A stretch of DNA of 60,221 bases, counting the filler. It is 4 parts of 4 records of this genome, joined end to end, with 100 filler letters (N's around TTAATTAATTAA, not from the genome) between each part and the next. Parts side by side here need not be neighbours in the genome. Positions count along the whole stretch, not along the records: positions 1 to 16,021 come from DRR723986_6975; 3 more parts are not named here. One strand, written 5' to 3'. The translations under genes were made by a program, and so were the position numbers. The notes below the pieces were generated by a model. That model searched no databases. It had not been told where the DNA came from and was given only the letters and a program-made list of their open reading frames with translations. This document shows, piece after piece, positions 1 to 9,769 of the stretch. Numbering within the stretch: position 1 is the first letter of the stretch; every line of letters starts with the position of its first letter.

Positions 1-1
1 G

Positions 2-283
2 AACTACTCGATCTCGAACACCGCCGAGTACGGCGAATACGTCTCCGGCCCGCGCGTTCTGCACTATGATGAAACCAAGGCGCGGATGAAGGGCATCCTG
101 ACCGATATCCAGACCGGCAAGTTCGTGCGCGACTTCATGCTGGAAAATCAGGCCGGTCAGCCGTTCTTCAAGGGCACCCGCCGCATGAACGACGCCCACC
201 AGATCGAAGAAGTGGGCGAAAAGCTGCGCGCCATGATGCCGTGGATTTCCGCAGGCAAGATGGTCGACAAAGCCAAGAACTGA
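2..283 (+). CDS. ilvC: Ketol-acid reductoisomerase, C-terminal part (5' truncated by window edge)
   Basis: Frame from nt 2 reads [13 protein letters not shown]...[15 protein letters not shown], the characteristic class I IlvC C-terminus; TGA at 281-283. Confidence 0.95.
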   Translation, partial: NYSISNTAEYGEYVSGPRVLHYDETKARMKGILTDIQTGKFVRDFMLENQAGQPFFKGTRRMNDAHQIEEVGEKLRAMMPWISAGKMVDKAKN

Positions 284-308
284 TCCTGAGGGAATAGTCA
301 CGACACGC

Positions 309-346
309 AAAGGCGCGGGGTGGGCAACCACCCCGCGCTTTTCTTT
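309..346. terminator. Rho-independent terminator, probably bidirectional
   Basis: 11-bp stem GCGCGGGGTGG / GCAA loop / CCACCCCGCGC, followed by TTTTCTTT and preceded by AAA, between convergent genes. Confidence 0.85.
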
Positions 347-935
347 AGCCGCCTTGCATCATCCGTTCATGCACCGCCTGCATCCCCCGCGCAGCCATGT
401 CGCTGACCTCGGCGGCGTGGGTTTGCAACGCAGCAACCAGTTCGGGGTCGTCGGAGGTCTGGGTGACGATGATCCCCGCCTCGCTGATCTCGATGTCATT
501 CTCCAGCCCCTCGTAGCGGGCGAAGAAGATGTCGAGCGTCGGGCTCTGGATGAAGATCTGCGGATCGTCGCCTGCCTCGACCCGCCCGATCATCTGGGTG
601 ACATGGCGAATGAGTGCGTCCAGCACGTAGGGGTCGTCTGATCCCGTGACGGTACGGATGCCATCTGGCAGGTTTTCCACCTCTCGGGTCAGCGTATCGA
701 AGTGGTGGAACATCACCATCAGGTCGCGGCTTTCCTCGGGCGTGGCGTTGAGGCCGCGCAGTCCCGGCATCCCGACCTCGTCATGGCCGGTGCCGTCAGC
801 GCCGTGATGCATCATACCCTGCCCCGCACCATGCCCATGCCCGCCACCATGCATCTGCGCGGGGGCCGCCGTGGTCAGCGCGGCAAGCGCCAATGCAGCG
901 GCGGCAAGCCTTCCAGCAACTGGAATGATTGTCAT
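345..935 (-). CDS. Secreted His/Met-rich hypothetical protein
   Basis: ATG at 935 with AGGAGG RBS; signal peptide MTIIPVAGRLAAAALALAALTTAAPA followed by QMHGGGHGHGAGQGMMHH. Confidence 0.8.
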   Translation of the reverse strand: MTIIPVAGRLAAAALALAALTTAAPAQMHGGGHGHGAGQGMMHHGADGTGHDEVGMPGLRGLNATPEESRDLMVMFHHFDTLTREVENLPDGIRTVTGSDDPYVLDALIRHVTQMIGRVEAGDDPQIFIQSPTLDIFFARYEGLENDIEISEAGIIVTQTSDDPELVAALQTHAAEVSDMAARGMQAVHERMMQGG

Positions 936-1049
936 TGTCAATTCCTCCTGTCCAGACCCTACACGGAATTGCCACCTCTGCAATCGGGCCCTCTGCCTGT
1001 GCACGCGTGCGGATTGTCACGGTTGCGTGAGCCCCCCATCTGACCAGCC

Positions 1050-1613
1050 ATGACCCACCACATCAAGACACGGGACGGTCTTCCGCCTGAAATGCGGAGC
1101 CTCCTGCGGGACCTGCCACGCGATGGCTGGCAGGCGCATCCCGCTTTCGCCCGCTCGATCCAGAACTGGATGGGCGCCCATCAAATGTTTCGCCAGCTTG
1201 GCGAGATCGTGCAAGAAGACAGCGAGAGCTTTCTCGACAAGGGGTTGGAAACCGACCGCTATGCCGGGCGGCTAGCGCATTTCGGCAACCTGCTGGTGCG
1301 CAACCTGCATGGTCATCACACTTGGGAAGACCATGAATACTTCCCGGAACTGCACGCCGCCGACCCGCGCTTTGCGGATGGGCTGGAGATGCTGGAGGGC
1401 GACCACGTGGAACTGGATGCGCTGCTGGATCGCTTCACGCGTGGGGCCAACCGCGTGGTGCAACTGGCAACGCTGGACCCTGCCCAGATGGCGGGCGAAG
1501 CGGGCCCGGTGCGCGACATGGCCGAGCAGCTGAACGGGTTTCTCAACCGGCATCTGACGGATGAGGAGGATCTGGTCGTTCCGATCCTTTTGCATCACCG
1601 GTTGAGGGCCTGA
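1050..1613 (+). CDS. Hemerythrin/HHE domain protein
   Basis: Metal-ligand pattern H...LHGHHTWEDHEYFP...EGDHVEL...HLTDEEDLVVP. Confidence 0.85.
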   Translation: MTHHIKTRDGLPPEMRSLLRDLPRDGWQAHPAFARSIQNWMGAHQMFRQLGEIVQEDSESFLDKGLETDRYAGRLAHFGNLLVRNLHGHHTWEDHEYFPELHAADPRFADGLEMLEGDHVELDALLDRFTRGANRVVQLATLDPAQMAGEAGPVRDMAEQLNGFLNRHLTDEEDLVVPILLHHRLRA

Positions 1614-1695
1614 CATCAGGGTCCGGGCGCGATCTGCTTGCGCCCGGACCAAAGCTCTGGAACTGTCCCGGCGACAGAATGAGGAGCGTGAGACA

Positions 1696-3315
1696 ATGAC
1701 CGACGTGACCGGAGTGACCGCAGGGATGTACCTGACCCGCCTATTGGCGCTTTACGGTGTGGATACGGTCTTTGGCATCCCCGGCGTTCATACGGTGGAA
1801 CTGTATCGCGGTCTTCCCGGATCGGGCATTCGCCACGTCACGCCGCGACACGAACAGGGCGCGGGGTTCATGGCCGATGGCTATGCGCGGGTCAGTGGCA
1901 AGCCCGGTGTGTGCTTCATCATTTCCGGCCCCGGCATGACCAATATCGCAACGGCCATGGGTCAGGCCTATGGCGATTCCATCCCGATGCTGGTGATTTC
2001 GGCGGTCAATTCCCATGGCCGCATGGGGTCTGGCGAGGGCTGGCTGCATGAGCTGCCGAACCAGCAGGCGCTGGTGTCGGGCGTGTCGGCCTTCAGCCGC
2101 ACCATCCACACGGTCGAGGAACTGGCCCCGGCGCTGGCGCAGGCTTTTGCCGTGTTTGATGGCGGCAGACCCCGGCCCGTGCATCTGGAAATTCCCATCA
2201 ACATCATGACCGCGCCTGCCGATCATATGCCGCTGCCCTCTGCCCCCATGCGGATCGCGCGGGCTGCCCCGGATGCCACCGCCCTGAGGGACGCCGCCGA
2301 TCTGCTGAACGCCGCCGAAGCGCCGGTGATCCTTGCTGGCGGCGGGGCGCGCGCAGCGGTCAGCCTGCGGGCCTTGGCGGAGGCGCTGGACGCCCCGGTT
2401 GTCATGACTGCCAATGCCCGCGGTTTGTTGCCGCCAGACCATCCGCTTGGCGTGTCTTTGACCGCGTCGCAGCCGGAAACGCGGGCGCTGGTCGCCAATG
2501 CCGACGTGGTGCTGGCGCTTGGCACCGAGATGGGGCGCACGGATTACGACATGTATGAGGATGGCGGCTTTCGGATGCCAGGGCGCGTCATTCGCGTCGA
2601 TCTGGACCCGGTGCAGATGGCCCGCAGTGCTGCCCCCGAGATTGGGATCGTTGCAGATGCCGCCACCACCTCGGCCGCTTTGCTGGACCTGGCCAGGCCG
2701 GAACAGCAAAAGGACGGCGCCGCGCGCGCCATGGCGGCCAGCGCCGGGCGGCTGGTGCTGGATGACGCCATGCGGGGCGATCTGGCGATGCTGGACATGA
2801 TCCGCGATACGCTGCCGGATGTGGTGTTCATGGGCGACAGTTCGCAGGCTGTCTATGCGGGCAATCTGGCTTTTGCCAGCGCCAAACCCGGTCACTACCA
2901 CAGCTCCACCACCGGCTTCGGGACGCTTGGCTATGGCCTACCTGCGGGCATCGGGGCGCGGATTGCCAGTGGCGGGCCGGTCGTAGTGCTGGCGGGCGAT
3001 GGCGGCTTTCAGTTCTCATCCCCCGAGATGGCCAGCGCGGTCGAGGCCGAGGCCCCGGTGATCGCGATGCTGTACGACAATTCCGGCTATGGCGAGATCA
3101 AGAGCTACATGATCGCCAAGCAGATCGGCACGGTGGGCGTGGACCTGTACACCCCCGACCTGAAAGCGCAGGCAGAAGCCAGCGGATGGGCCGTCGCGCA
3201 TGTGGCGGACCCTGCGGAATTGCCGGGGGCGTTGACGCTGGCCGCCGCCGACAGCCGGCCCACGATGATCTATTACACCGACACGCTGCGGCAGGCGTTT
3301 CAGGCGGCGCTTTGA
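1696..3315 (+). CDS. ThDP-dependent enzyme, 5-guanidino-2-oxopentanoate decarboxylase (AruI)-like
   Basis: FGIPGVHTVELY, TPRHEQGAGFMADGYAR and the ThDP motif GDGG...N(S)GYGEI; GAGGAG RBS. Confidence 0.8.
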   Translation: MTDVTGVTAGMYLTRLLALYGVDTVFGIPGVHTVELYRGLPGSGIRHVTPRHEQGAGFMADGYARVSGKPGVCFIISGPGMTNIATAMGQAYGDSIPMLVISAVNSHGRMGSGEGWLHELPNQQALVSGVSAFSRTIHTVEELAPALAQAFAVFDGGRPRPVHLEIPINIMTAPADHMPLPSAPMRIARAAPDATALRDAADLLNAAEAPVILAGGGARAAVSLRALAEALDAPVVMTANARGLLPPDHPLGVSLTASQPETRALVANADVVLALGTEMGRTDYDMYEDGGFRMPGRVIRVDLDPVQMARSAAPEIGIVADAATTSAALLDLARPEQQKDGAARAMAASAGRLVLDDAMRGDLAMLDMIRDTLPDVVFMGDSSQAVYAGNLAFASAKPGHYHSSTTGFGTLGYGLPAGIGARIASGGPVVVLAGDGGFQFSSPEMASAVEAEAPVIAMLYDNSGYGEIKSYMIAKQIGTVGVDLYTPDLKAQAEASGWAVAHVADPAELPGALTLAAADSRPTMIYYTDTLRQAFQAAL

Positions 3316-4244
3316 CCGCGCCCATGCGGGGCCGTCCAGTCGATGACCGGTCCCGCAGGCACGATACCAAGCGGATTGCGCAGTTCAGAGGGTGAGAAAT
3401 AGCCCTGTTTGTAGATGTCGAAACGCACCGTATCGGCCACCCCCGGCATGGCATATATCTCGCGCGCATAGGCCCAGAGATTGGGGTAATCCATCAGCCG
3501 CCGGATGTTGCATTTGAAGGCGTAGTGATAGGCCACGTCGAAGCGGGCCAGTGTCGGGAACAGGCGGATATCCGCCTCGGTAAAGATCTCGCCCATCAGG
3601 TAGCGGTTCAACGCCAGATGCGCCTCGATCTCGTCGAGAAGGGCAAAAACCTGCGCCACCGCCTCGTCATAGGCGGCTTGCGTCTTGGCGAACCCGGCGC
3701 GATAGACGCCGTTGTTCAGGTCGCTGTAGATACGGGCGTTCCAGGCGTCGATGCCGTCCCGCAGGGCGGCGGCTGCGAAGTCGGGACCGGTGAAGGCGTC
3801 GTTCAGCATCCGCACGATATCGGCGCTTTCATTGGACACCGGCTGGCGTGTTTCGCGGTCCCACAGAAGCGGCACGGTAATGCGCCCGGTGAAGGGCTGC
3901 GGCGTGCGGGTATAGACCTGATGAAGGGCACTGACCCCAAGCTCGGGGTCCGCATACGCGCCCCCAGCGTCAAACACCCACCCCTCTGGCGTGCGACGCG
4001 GGCGGGCATAGGCAACGGATATCACCCTTTCCAACCCCTTCAGCGCCCGGATCAAAAGCGCCCGATGCGCCCAGGGGCAGTTCCACGCCGCATAAAGGTG
4101 ATAGCGCCTCGGATCGGGGGTAAAGGGGCCGTCTGGTGTGATCCAATGGCGGATCGTGGCCTTCTGGCGCTGAAACCGGCCATCCTCGGCCGTGTCGGGG
4201 CCGGGGTCTTCGGCATGGTATATCCCGTCAATCATCAGGCCCAT
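3300..4244 (-). CDS. Glutathionyl-hydroquinone reductase (omega/Xi-class GST, YqjG-like)
   Basis: RYHLYAAWNCPWAHR, TVPLLWD, NESADI, NNGVYRAGFA and RFDVAY motifs; true start MGLMIDG at 4244; 16-bp convergent overlap with the upstream gene. Confidence 0.9.
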   Translation of the reverse strand: MGLMIDGIYHAEDPGPDTAEDGRFQRQKATIRHWITPDGPFTPDPRRYHLYAAWNCPWAHRALLIRALKGLERVISVAYARPRRTPEGWVFDAGGAYADPELGVSALHQVYTRTPQPFTGRITVPLLWDRETRQPVSNESADIVRMLNDAFTGPDFAAAALRDGIDAWNARIYSDLNNGVYRAGFAKTQAAYDEAVAQVFALLDEIEAHLALNRYLMGEIFTEADIRLFPTLARFDVAYHYAFKCNIRRLMDYPNLWAYAREIYAMPGVADTVRFDIYKQGYFSPSELRNPLGIVPAGPVIDWTAPHGRGQSAA

Positions 4245-4430
4245 TGGTGTGCTCCCTCTTTCGGCCCACCCTACCGGCGACCCGCGCACGATCAAGCGCC
4301 GCCCCTGAACAGGCCCTGTGCACCCAGATGACGGCACGGAAGGGTATAGAAATGGCGCAATCTGCAAGTGACAACAGGCGGGGGCGTTCCTACCTATCCT
4401 GTAATCGCCCATGGGCAGATGAGGATGATC

Positions 4431-4892
4431 ATGCAGTTCACGGTTAACGGTGTCCGCCAAGAGGTGGATGTGGAAGGCGACATGCCCCTGTTGTGGGTTC
4501 TCAGGGATGAACTGGGAATCACCAGCGTCAAATACGGCTGTGGCATTGCCCAATGCGGGGCCTGCACCGTGCATGTGGACGGCATTGCCATGCGGTCCTG
4601 CCAACTGCCCGCCGACAGCCTTGAGGGCGCGGAAATCACCACATTGGAGGGTCTGGCGGAAGGCGAGGCCCTGCATGCGGTGCAAGAGGCATGGATCGCC
4701 CATCAGGTCGCGCAATGCGGCTATTGCCAGTCGGGGCAGATGATGCAGGCCGCCGATCTGCTGGCCGTGACGCCCGCGCCAACGGATGAGGATATCGACG
4801 CCGCCATGGGCGGTAACCTGTGCCGCTGCGGCACCTATCCACGCATCCGCGCCGCCATTCACGACGCCGCCGCGCGTCTGAGCGAGGGTTGA
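4431..4892 (+). CDS. iorA: (2Fe-2S) subunit of isoquinoline 1-oxidoreductase / aldehyde dehydrogenase family
   Basis: [20 protein letters not shown] and NLCRCGTY motifs. Confidence 0.9.
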   Translation: MQFTVNGVRQEVDVEGDMPLLWVLRDELGITSVKYGCGIAQCGACTVHVDGIAMRSCQLPADSLEGAEITTLEGLAEGEALHAVQEAWIAHQVAQCGYCQSGQMMQAADLLAVTPAPTDEDIDAAMGGNLCRCGTYPRIRAAIHDAAARLSEG

Positions 4893-4895
4893 GCC

Positions 4896-7130
4896 ATGTC
4901 GCGAGTTGGAACCATTGCCCGCCGTAGTTTCTTAATAGGCTCCGCCGCGCTGGCAGGTGGGGTGGCCTTCGGGGTCTACACCGTGCGCCGCCCGCATGAC
5001 AATCCGCTGGAGGCCGCGCTGGAACCCGGCGAGGTCACCTTCAACCCATGGGTTCTGATCGGGCCCGAGCGGATCACCCTGATCACCCCACACGCTGATC
5101 TTGGGCAAGGCGTTGCCCATATGCAGGCGCTGTTGCTGGCCGAGGAAATGCGGCTGGAACCGGGGCAGTTCGATATCAGCTTTGGCGATCCCTCGCCCGC
5201 CTATTGGAACACAGCCATGGGCGAGGAAGCCGCGCCGTTCCTGTCCAGCGATCAAAGTTTCACCGCCCGGACCGCTCGCACGGTAATGGGGGCGGCCCTA
5301 AAAGTGCTGGGGATGCAAGTGACGGGCGGGTCATCCTCCACCCCCGACAGTTTCGACAAGCTGCGGCAGGCGGGCGCGATAGCGCGCGAAACCTTGCGCC
5401 GCGCGGGCGAGGTCCGGACCTCGATCCCCTTGGATCAACTGCACTGCGAAGCGGGCGCGGTGGTGCTGCCAGACGGCACCCGCATTCCCTATACCGAGCT
5501 TGCCGCGCAGGCCGCAACGCTTGCCCCGGTCGAGGACGCGCCCCTGACGCCACGAGCCGAATGGCGGCTGATCGGGCAGGAGACGGAGCGGCTGGATATC
5601 GTGGCGAAATCCACAGGCCAACAGGTCTATGGGATCGACCTGAGCGTCGAGGGCATGGTCCATGCCGCCGTGCGGGTGAACCCGCGTCGGGGTGTGCTGA
5701 ACGGCTATGACGCCAGCGCCGCGCGGGCCATGCGCGGGGTGTCGGATGTGGTCGAGGTCACGAACGGCGTGGCCGCCATTGCCGACAACACCTGGCGCGC
5801 CTTTCAGGCCGTGAACGCGGTGGAGTGTGACTGGGGGCCGTCCCCCTACCCCGCCGATCAAGCCGACCATTGGGCCGAAGTGGCCGCCAGCTTCACCGAA
5901 GACAGGCTCGACCGTGAATGGCGCCATGACGGCGATGTGGACGCGGCGCTGACCGGCGAAGTCATCGACGCCGAATACCGCGCGCCTTACGTGGCGCATC
6001 AACCGTTGGAGCCGCTGAACGCCATCGTCCGCGTGACGGATACGGGCGTCGAGGTCTGGACCGGCCACCAGATGCCGCGTTTCCTGCAACAGATCGTGGC
6101 GGGGGTGACCGGGCATGACGCCGATCAGGTCACCTTCCACAACCAGTTCGCGGGTGGCAGCTTTGGGCATCGGCTGGAGTTCGAGCATGTGAAGCTGGCG
6201 ACCGAGATCGCCATGCAGATGCGGGGCGTGCCGGTCAAGCTGACCTTTCAGCGGGAAGAGGACTTTGCCCATGATTTCGCCCGCCAGATCGGCATGGCAC
6301 GCGGGCGGGGCGCGGTGGCGAATGGCCGGGTCGAGGCCGCCGATATCCAGATTGCGACGGTGTCCTCCTCTCGCAGTCAGATGGGCCGGATCGGGCAGAG
6401 CGTACCCGGCCCCGACAGCCAGATCCCGGCGGGCGTGTGGAATGCGCCCTATGCGATCCCGTCCTACCGGGTGCGCGCCTATGCGGTGCCGGAACTGGCC
6501 CCGACCTCGTCCTGGCGCTCTGTCGGGGCGTCTTCGGGTGGGTTCTTCGGGGAAAGCTTCCTTGACGAGCTGATCCACGCCGCCGGGGCCGACCCGCTGG
6601 CCGAGCGGCTGCGACTGGCAAATGACCCGCGCGCGGTTGCGGTGCTGGAGGCTGTGGGCGAAATGTCGGGCTGGGGCCGCAGCCTGCCTGAAAACCGGGG
6701 GCTTGGCATTGCAATGGTCGAAAGCTTCGGCGTGCCGAACGCCGAGGTCATCGAAGTCGAGGCCACCCCGCAAGGCATCCGCATCCACGATGTCTGGGTC
6801 GCGGCAGAGGTAGGCACCGTGGTCGATCCCAATGCCTTTGAAAACCAGGTGCAGGGCGGCGTGATCTGGGGCCTTGGCCACGCGATCAACTGCGAGATCA
6901 CCTATGCGGACGGCATGGCCGAACAGCTGAACTACGACTGGCACGAGGGCATGCGCATCTGGCAGGCCCCGCGCATCACGGTGCGTGGCGTCGAACTGGG
7001 CGGCCCCGTGCGCGGCATCGGCGAACCCCCGGTGCCCCCCGCAGCGCCCGCACTGGCAAACGCCATCTTCGCCGCCACCGGTCAGCGCCTGCGCGAAATG
7101 CCGTTCAACAGGTTCGTGGATTTCGTTTAG
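4896..7130 (+). CDS. iorB: Molybdopterin-binding subunit, isoquinoline 1-oxidoreductase beta family
   Basis: Tat-like ARRSFLIGS; GQG, TGGSSS, GGSFG, WRSVG, QVQGG and GIGEPPVPP motifs; 3 bp after iorA. Confidence 0.9.
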   Translation: MSRVGTIARRSFLIGSAALAGGVAFGVYTVRRPHDNPLEAALEPGEVTFNPWVLIGPERITLITPHADLGQGVAHMQALLLAEEMRLEPGQFDISFGDPSPAYWNTAMGEEAAPFLSSDQSFTARTARTVMGAALKVLGMQVTGGSSSTPDSFDKLRQAGAIARETLRRAGEVRTSIPLDQLHCEAGAVVLPDGTRIPYTELAAQAATLAPVEDAPLTPRAEWRLIGQETERLDIVAKSTGQQVYGIDLSVEGMVHAAVRVNPRRGVLNGYDASAARAMRGVSDVVEVTNGVAAIADNTWRAFQAVNAVECDWGPSPYPADQADHWAEVAASFTEDRLDREWRHDGDVDAALTGEVIDAEYRAPYVAHQPLEPLNAIVRVTDTGVEVWTGHQMPRFLQQIVAGVTGHDADQVTFHNQFAGGSFGHRLEFEHVKLATEIAMQMRGVPVKLTFQREEDFAHDFARQIGMARGRGAVANGRVEAADIQIATVSSSRSQMGRIGQSVPGPDSQIPAGVWNAPYAIPSYRVRAYAVPELAPTSSWRSVGASSGGFFGESFLDELIHAAGADPLAERLRLANDPRAVAVLEAVGEMSGWGRSLPENRGLGIAMVESFGVPNAEVIEVEATPQGIRIHDVWVAAEVGTVVDPNAFENQVQGGVIWGLGHAINCEITYADGMAEQLNYDWHEGMRIWQAPRITVRGVELGGPVRGIGEPPVPPAAPALANAIFAATGQRLREMPFNRFVDFV

Positions 7131-7262
7131 ATCCGGATGCTTGGGCTTCTGCGGCATCTGACAAGGTGCCCGGCTCTGGAATCCGAGAGACGACAAGCAT
7201 GGCCGTCAAAAGGGGGCAGTCATCTGATCTGTCAAATCATCGGCGACATGCGCGGGTCCACG

Positions 7263-7385
7263 CGCCGCACCTGAATCGAAATCATTATTGGCAAGCTCAA
7301 GGACACACGGCGCGCTTCGACCCGCTATGACCGCTGTCCCTGAATGGTCCTGTCTATCATCCAACGCGCGGCGACCGTCTTCTAA
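7263..7385 (+). pseudogene. Decayed IS5-family (IS427-like) transposase, C-terminal fragment
   Basis: Translates RRT*IEIIIGKLKDTRRASTRYDRCP*MVLSIIQRAATVF*, matching the recalled IS5 C-terminus RRNRIEIMFGRLKDWRRVATRYDRCP..FLSAI.LAATV; two internal stops. Confidence 0.75.
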
Positions 7386-7478
7386 AGATTGACATAGATC
7401 ATTTTTGTGATCCGCAATCAGTACAATGCTGTGATTGGTGTCCTGTGACGCCCCGCTATCAACTGGGAGGAGCAAATC

Positions 7479-7883
7479 ATGCCTACAAATATCGGACTGA
7501 GAGGTGTTTTGACGTTTGCAACCTGCGTTAGCTTGCAGGTCTTAGTTCCGTCTCTCGGCTATTCGGGGGAAGACGTCACAACTTCGCCGGATGCCGTCGT
7601 CGCCGAAGTGGATGATCTGAGGGCTCAAGCGGTGACTGCACTTCAAACGATCTCGGAGGTCGGAAACGCAGACTTGGCAGAATGCATCATCGCGTATTTC
7701 GAACGGAATATGTACGGAAGCCGCCTCGAAGATAAATTCCGCTATTTTGTCTGGGTAGGGCAACATGGTTGGCCAAACACGGGCGCCGAGAGAAGCGCCC
7801 TCGCTTCCGAAGGGGGTGTCAGCCGGACCGCCCAGAATGAGTCTGAATTCCACTTCGGTGTTGCATTGGAAATCTGCAGCTAG
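7479..7883 (+). CDS. Orphan hypothetical protein with probable signal peptide
   Basis: GGGAGGAG RBS before ATG; hydrophobic N-terminus; visibly more AT-rich codon use than flanking genes. Confidence 0.6.
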   Translation: MPTNIGLRGVLTFATCVSLQVLVPSLGYSGEDVTTSPDAVVAEVDDLRAQAVTALQTISEVGNADLAECIIAYFERNMYGSRLEDKFRYFVWVGQHGWPNTGAERSALASEGGVSRTAQNESEFHFGVALEICS

Positions 7884-7995
7884 GGTTAGGGCCCCTGATC
7901 TCTGGCCCATGGCATCTTTCAAGGCGCAAAGAACGCGCGGTGAATTGTCTGATCTGTTTTCGCCGAACAGCGCGCAAATGGCGCGTCTGTTGGCC
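7880..7995 (+). mobile_element. Decayed IS5-family left end plus transposase N-terminal fragment
   Basis: Begins CTAGGGTTAGG (CTAG target plus IR-like end); 7945-7995 translates LSDLFSPNSAQMARLLA, resembling the recalled IS5/IS427-group start MSDLFWLTDAQMARL. Confidence 0.65.
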
Positions 7996-8156
7996 AGTGA
8001 TCTTTCCATTCGCCGTTTCGCTGGCAGAACTGACCCAGCATTGGTGATGGAGATCCTGACCAGAGCAGGCCGTCCACCCTTCGGCGGAAAGCGAAGCGCC
8101 ACCCATTGACCTTCCCTGCGCGGCCCTGTCAGGTGCGCGGGGAAGGAGCCCCCGAT

Positions 8157-9062
8157 ATGACCCCCACCATCACCCGCGCCAGCTGGCTCATGATCCTCGT
8201 GCTTGGGCTGACATGGGGCGCGACGTTCATGGTGATCGAGATCGCGCTGCGCGGCATCACGCCCTTTTGGCTGGCCGCTGCGCGGATCGGTTTTGCGGCA
8301 GCGCTGATGACAGCGGTCTGGCTGGCACGCGGGGGTCGGTTGTTTCTGGAAGAGGCGAGGGACTGGCCCACCATGGTGGTGGTGGGCGCACTCAGTTCGG
8401 CTGTGCCGTTCATGTTGCTCAGTTGGGGGCAGCAATATACGACATCGGGCTTTGCCGGCGTATCTATGGCTGCCGTAGCGCTGATGGTGCTGCCGCTTGC
8501 ACATTTCCTGGTGCCGGGAGAGCGGATGACTCTGCGCCGGACCGCTGGCTTCGTGATCGGATTTGCGGGGGTCGTGGTGCTGATCGGAGGACAGGCGTTT
8601 TCCTCCACCGGGTCTTCGCTTGAACCGTTCGGCAGGCTTGCCTGTCTGGGGGTTGCGGGGTGCTATGCGCTCAGCTCGGTCTTGATGCGCCGCTTGCCCG
8701 CGATTGATCCGATCGGGCTGGCGACCGTGCTGCTGATCATCGGGGCGGTGCTGGTCATTCCCGCCGCCCTGATCGTCGAGGGGCCACCGCCATCCGTGGA
8801 CGGGCAGACATTGGCCGTGCTGGCGTTGCTTGGGCTGGTGCCGACAGCGGGTGCGAATATTCTGCGCGTTATGGTGATCCGCACGGCGGGGCCCACCTTC
8901 ATGAGCCTGACGAACTATATCGTGCCGGTCTGGTCGGTAATCCTGGGCGCACTGGTGCTGTCCGAACCGCTGCCGCCCTCGCTGCTTTGGGCGATGGCCC
9001 TGATCCTTGCAGGCGTCTTCCTGAGCCAGTGGGGGGCATTGCGGCGGCTTTTCGGGCGGTAA
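8157..9062 (+). CDS. DMT/EamA family transporter
   Basis: About 10 hydrophobic segments; LTWGATF, two EamA repeats, LSEPL; AAGGAG RBS. Confidence 0.9.
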   Translation: MTPTITRASWLMILVLGLTWGATFMVIEIALRGITPFWLAAARIGFAAALMTAVWLARGGRLFLEEARDWPTMVVVGALSSAVPFMLLSWGQQYTTSGFAGVSMAAVALMVLPLAHFLVPGERMTLRRTAGFVIGFAGVVVLIGGQAFSSTGSSLEPFGRLACLGVAGCYALSSVLMRRLPAIDPIGLATVLLIIGAVLVIPAALIVEGPPPSVDGQTLAVLALLGLVPTAGANILRVMVIRTAGPTFMSLTNYIVPVWSVILGALVLSEPLPPSLLWAMALILAGVFLSQWGALRRLFGR

Positions 9063-9133
9063 CTCGCGGCAGAGTCGCTTGAAACCCCTAATTCGTGCTA
9101 TAGTGGTTTCTTTAGCGCAAGGGAGGACGCGCC

Positions 9134-9766
9134 ATGGACCGTCGTCTGTTCACCGCCGGACTGGCTGCCGGGGCTGCCGCCGGGCTGGCTGGCCCCGCCT
9201 TTCCGGTTCCTTACCTTTTTCTCAACACGCTTGAGGATGAGAACACGCAGGATCTGTTGCAAGTTCCCAACCTGAGGCATTTGCGGACCCTGTTCCGAGA
9301 CGCCCCCCCGGTGCTGTCGCCCTCCGATCTGGCCGGAACCCGGCAGCCGGGCCTCAAGCTGATCCTGGCGCCGGATCTGAATACGCGGGACGGGTCCGTG
9401 CGGCTGAACGTGCGGGCAGAGATAAAGGACATCTCCCGCCCGCTTCTGACGATGGATGCCAACGCAGCCGGGGCGCCGCGCATGGACGATACGGGTCTGG
9501 AGTTTTCCGGGAATGTCTATGCCACCGGCGATCCGGGCCTGCTGGTGCGCAAGGTGCAGACCGGGGTCACGGTGCAGAACGGCGAAACCATCGTCATCGC
9601 CGGGCTGATGCACAATACGCCGGACCACGCCACCGAACGCAATGCAGCGCTGCCCTTTTTCGGCGATCTGCCGGTCATTGGCCGCGCCTTCCGGTCCTCG
9701 GTCGACACCGACCGTCACCGCGAATTGATCATCTTCGTCACAGCCCGGCTGGCGCAACCGGATTAA
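9134..9766 (+). CDS. Short secretin-domain protein with twin-arginine signal
   Basis: MDRRLFTAGL Tat motif; C-terminus VQTGVTVQNGETIVIAGL...LPFFGDLPVIGRAFR...RELIIFVTARL is the secretin signature; only 210 aa. Confidence 0.75.
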   Translation: MDRRLFTAGLAAGAAAGLAGPAFPVPYLFLNTLEDENTQDLLQVPNLRHLRTLFRDAPPVLSPSDLAGTRQPGLKLILAPDLNTRDGSVRLNVRAEIKDISRPLLTMDANAAGAPRMDDTGLEFSGNVYATGDPGLLVRKVQTGVTVQNGETIVIAGLMHNTPDHATERNAALPFFGDLPVIGRAFRSSVDTDRHRELIIFVTARLAQPD

Positions 9767-9769
9767 GGC

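Noticed and set aside
4245-4862. 206-aa N-terminal extension of the GST ORF (apparent 520-aa fusion)
   Set aside because: It is the antisense shadow of iorA; the real start is MGLMIDG at 4244.
5331-7196. 621-aa antisense ORF (similar ones at 1741-2901, 24462-25745, 37996-39183 and 51341-52531)
   Set aside because: Stop-poor shadow frames of well-supported GC-rich genes, with no recognisable motifs.
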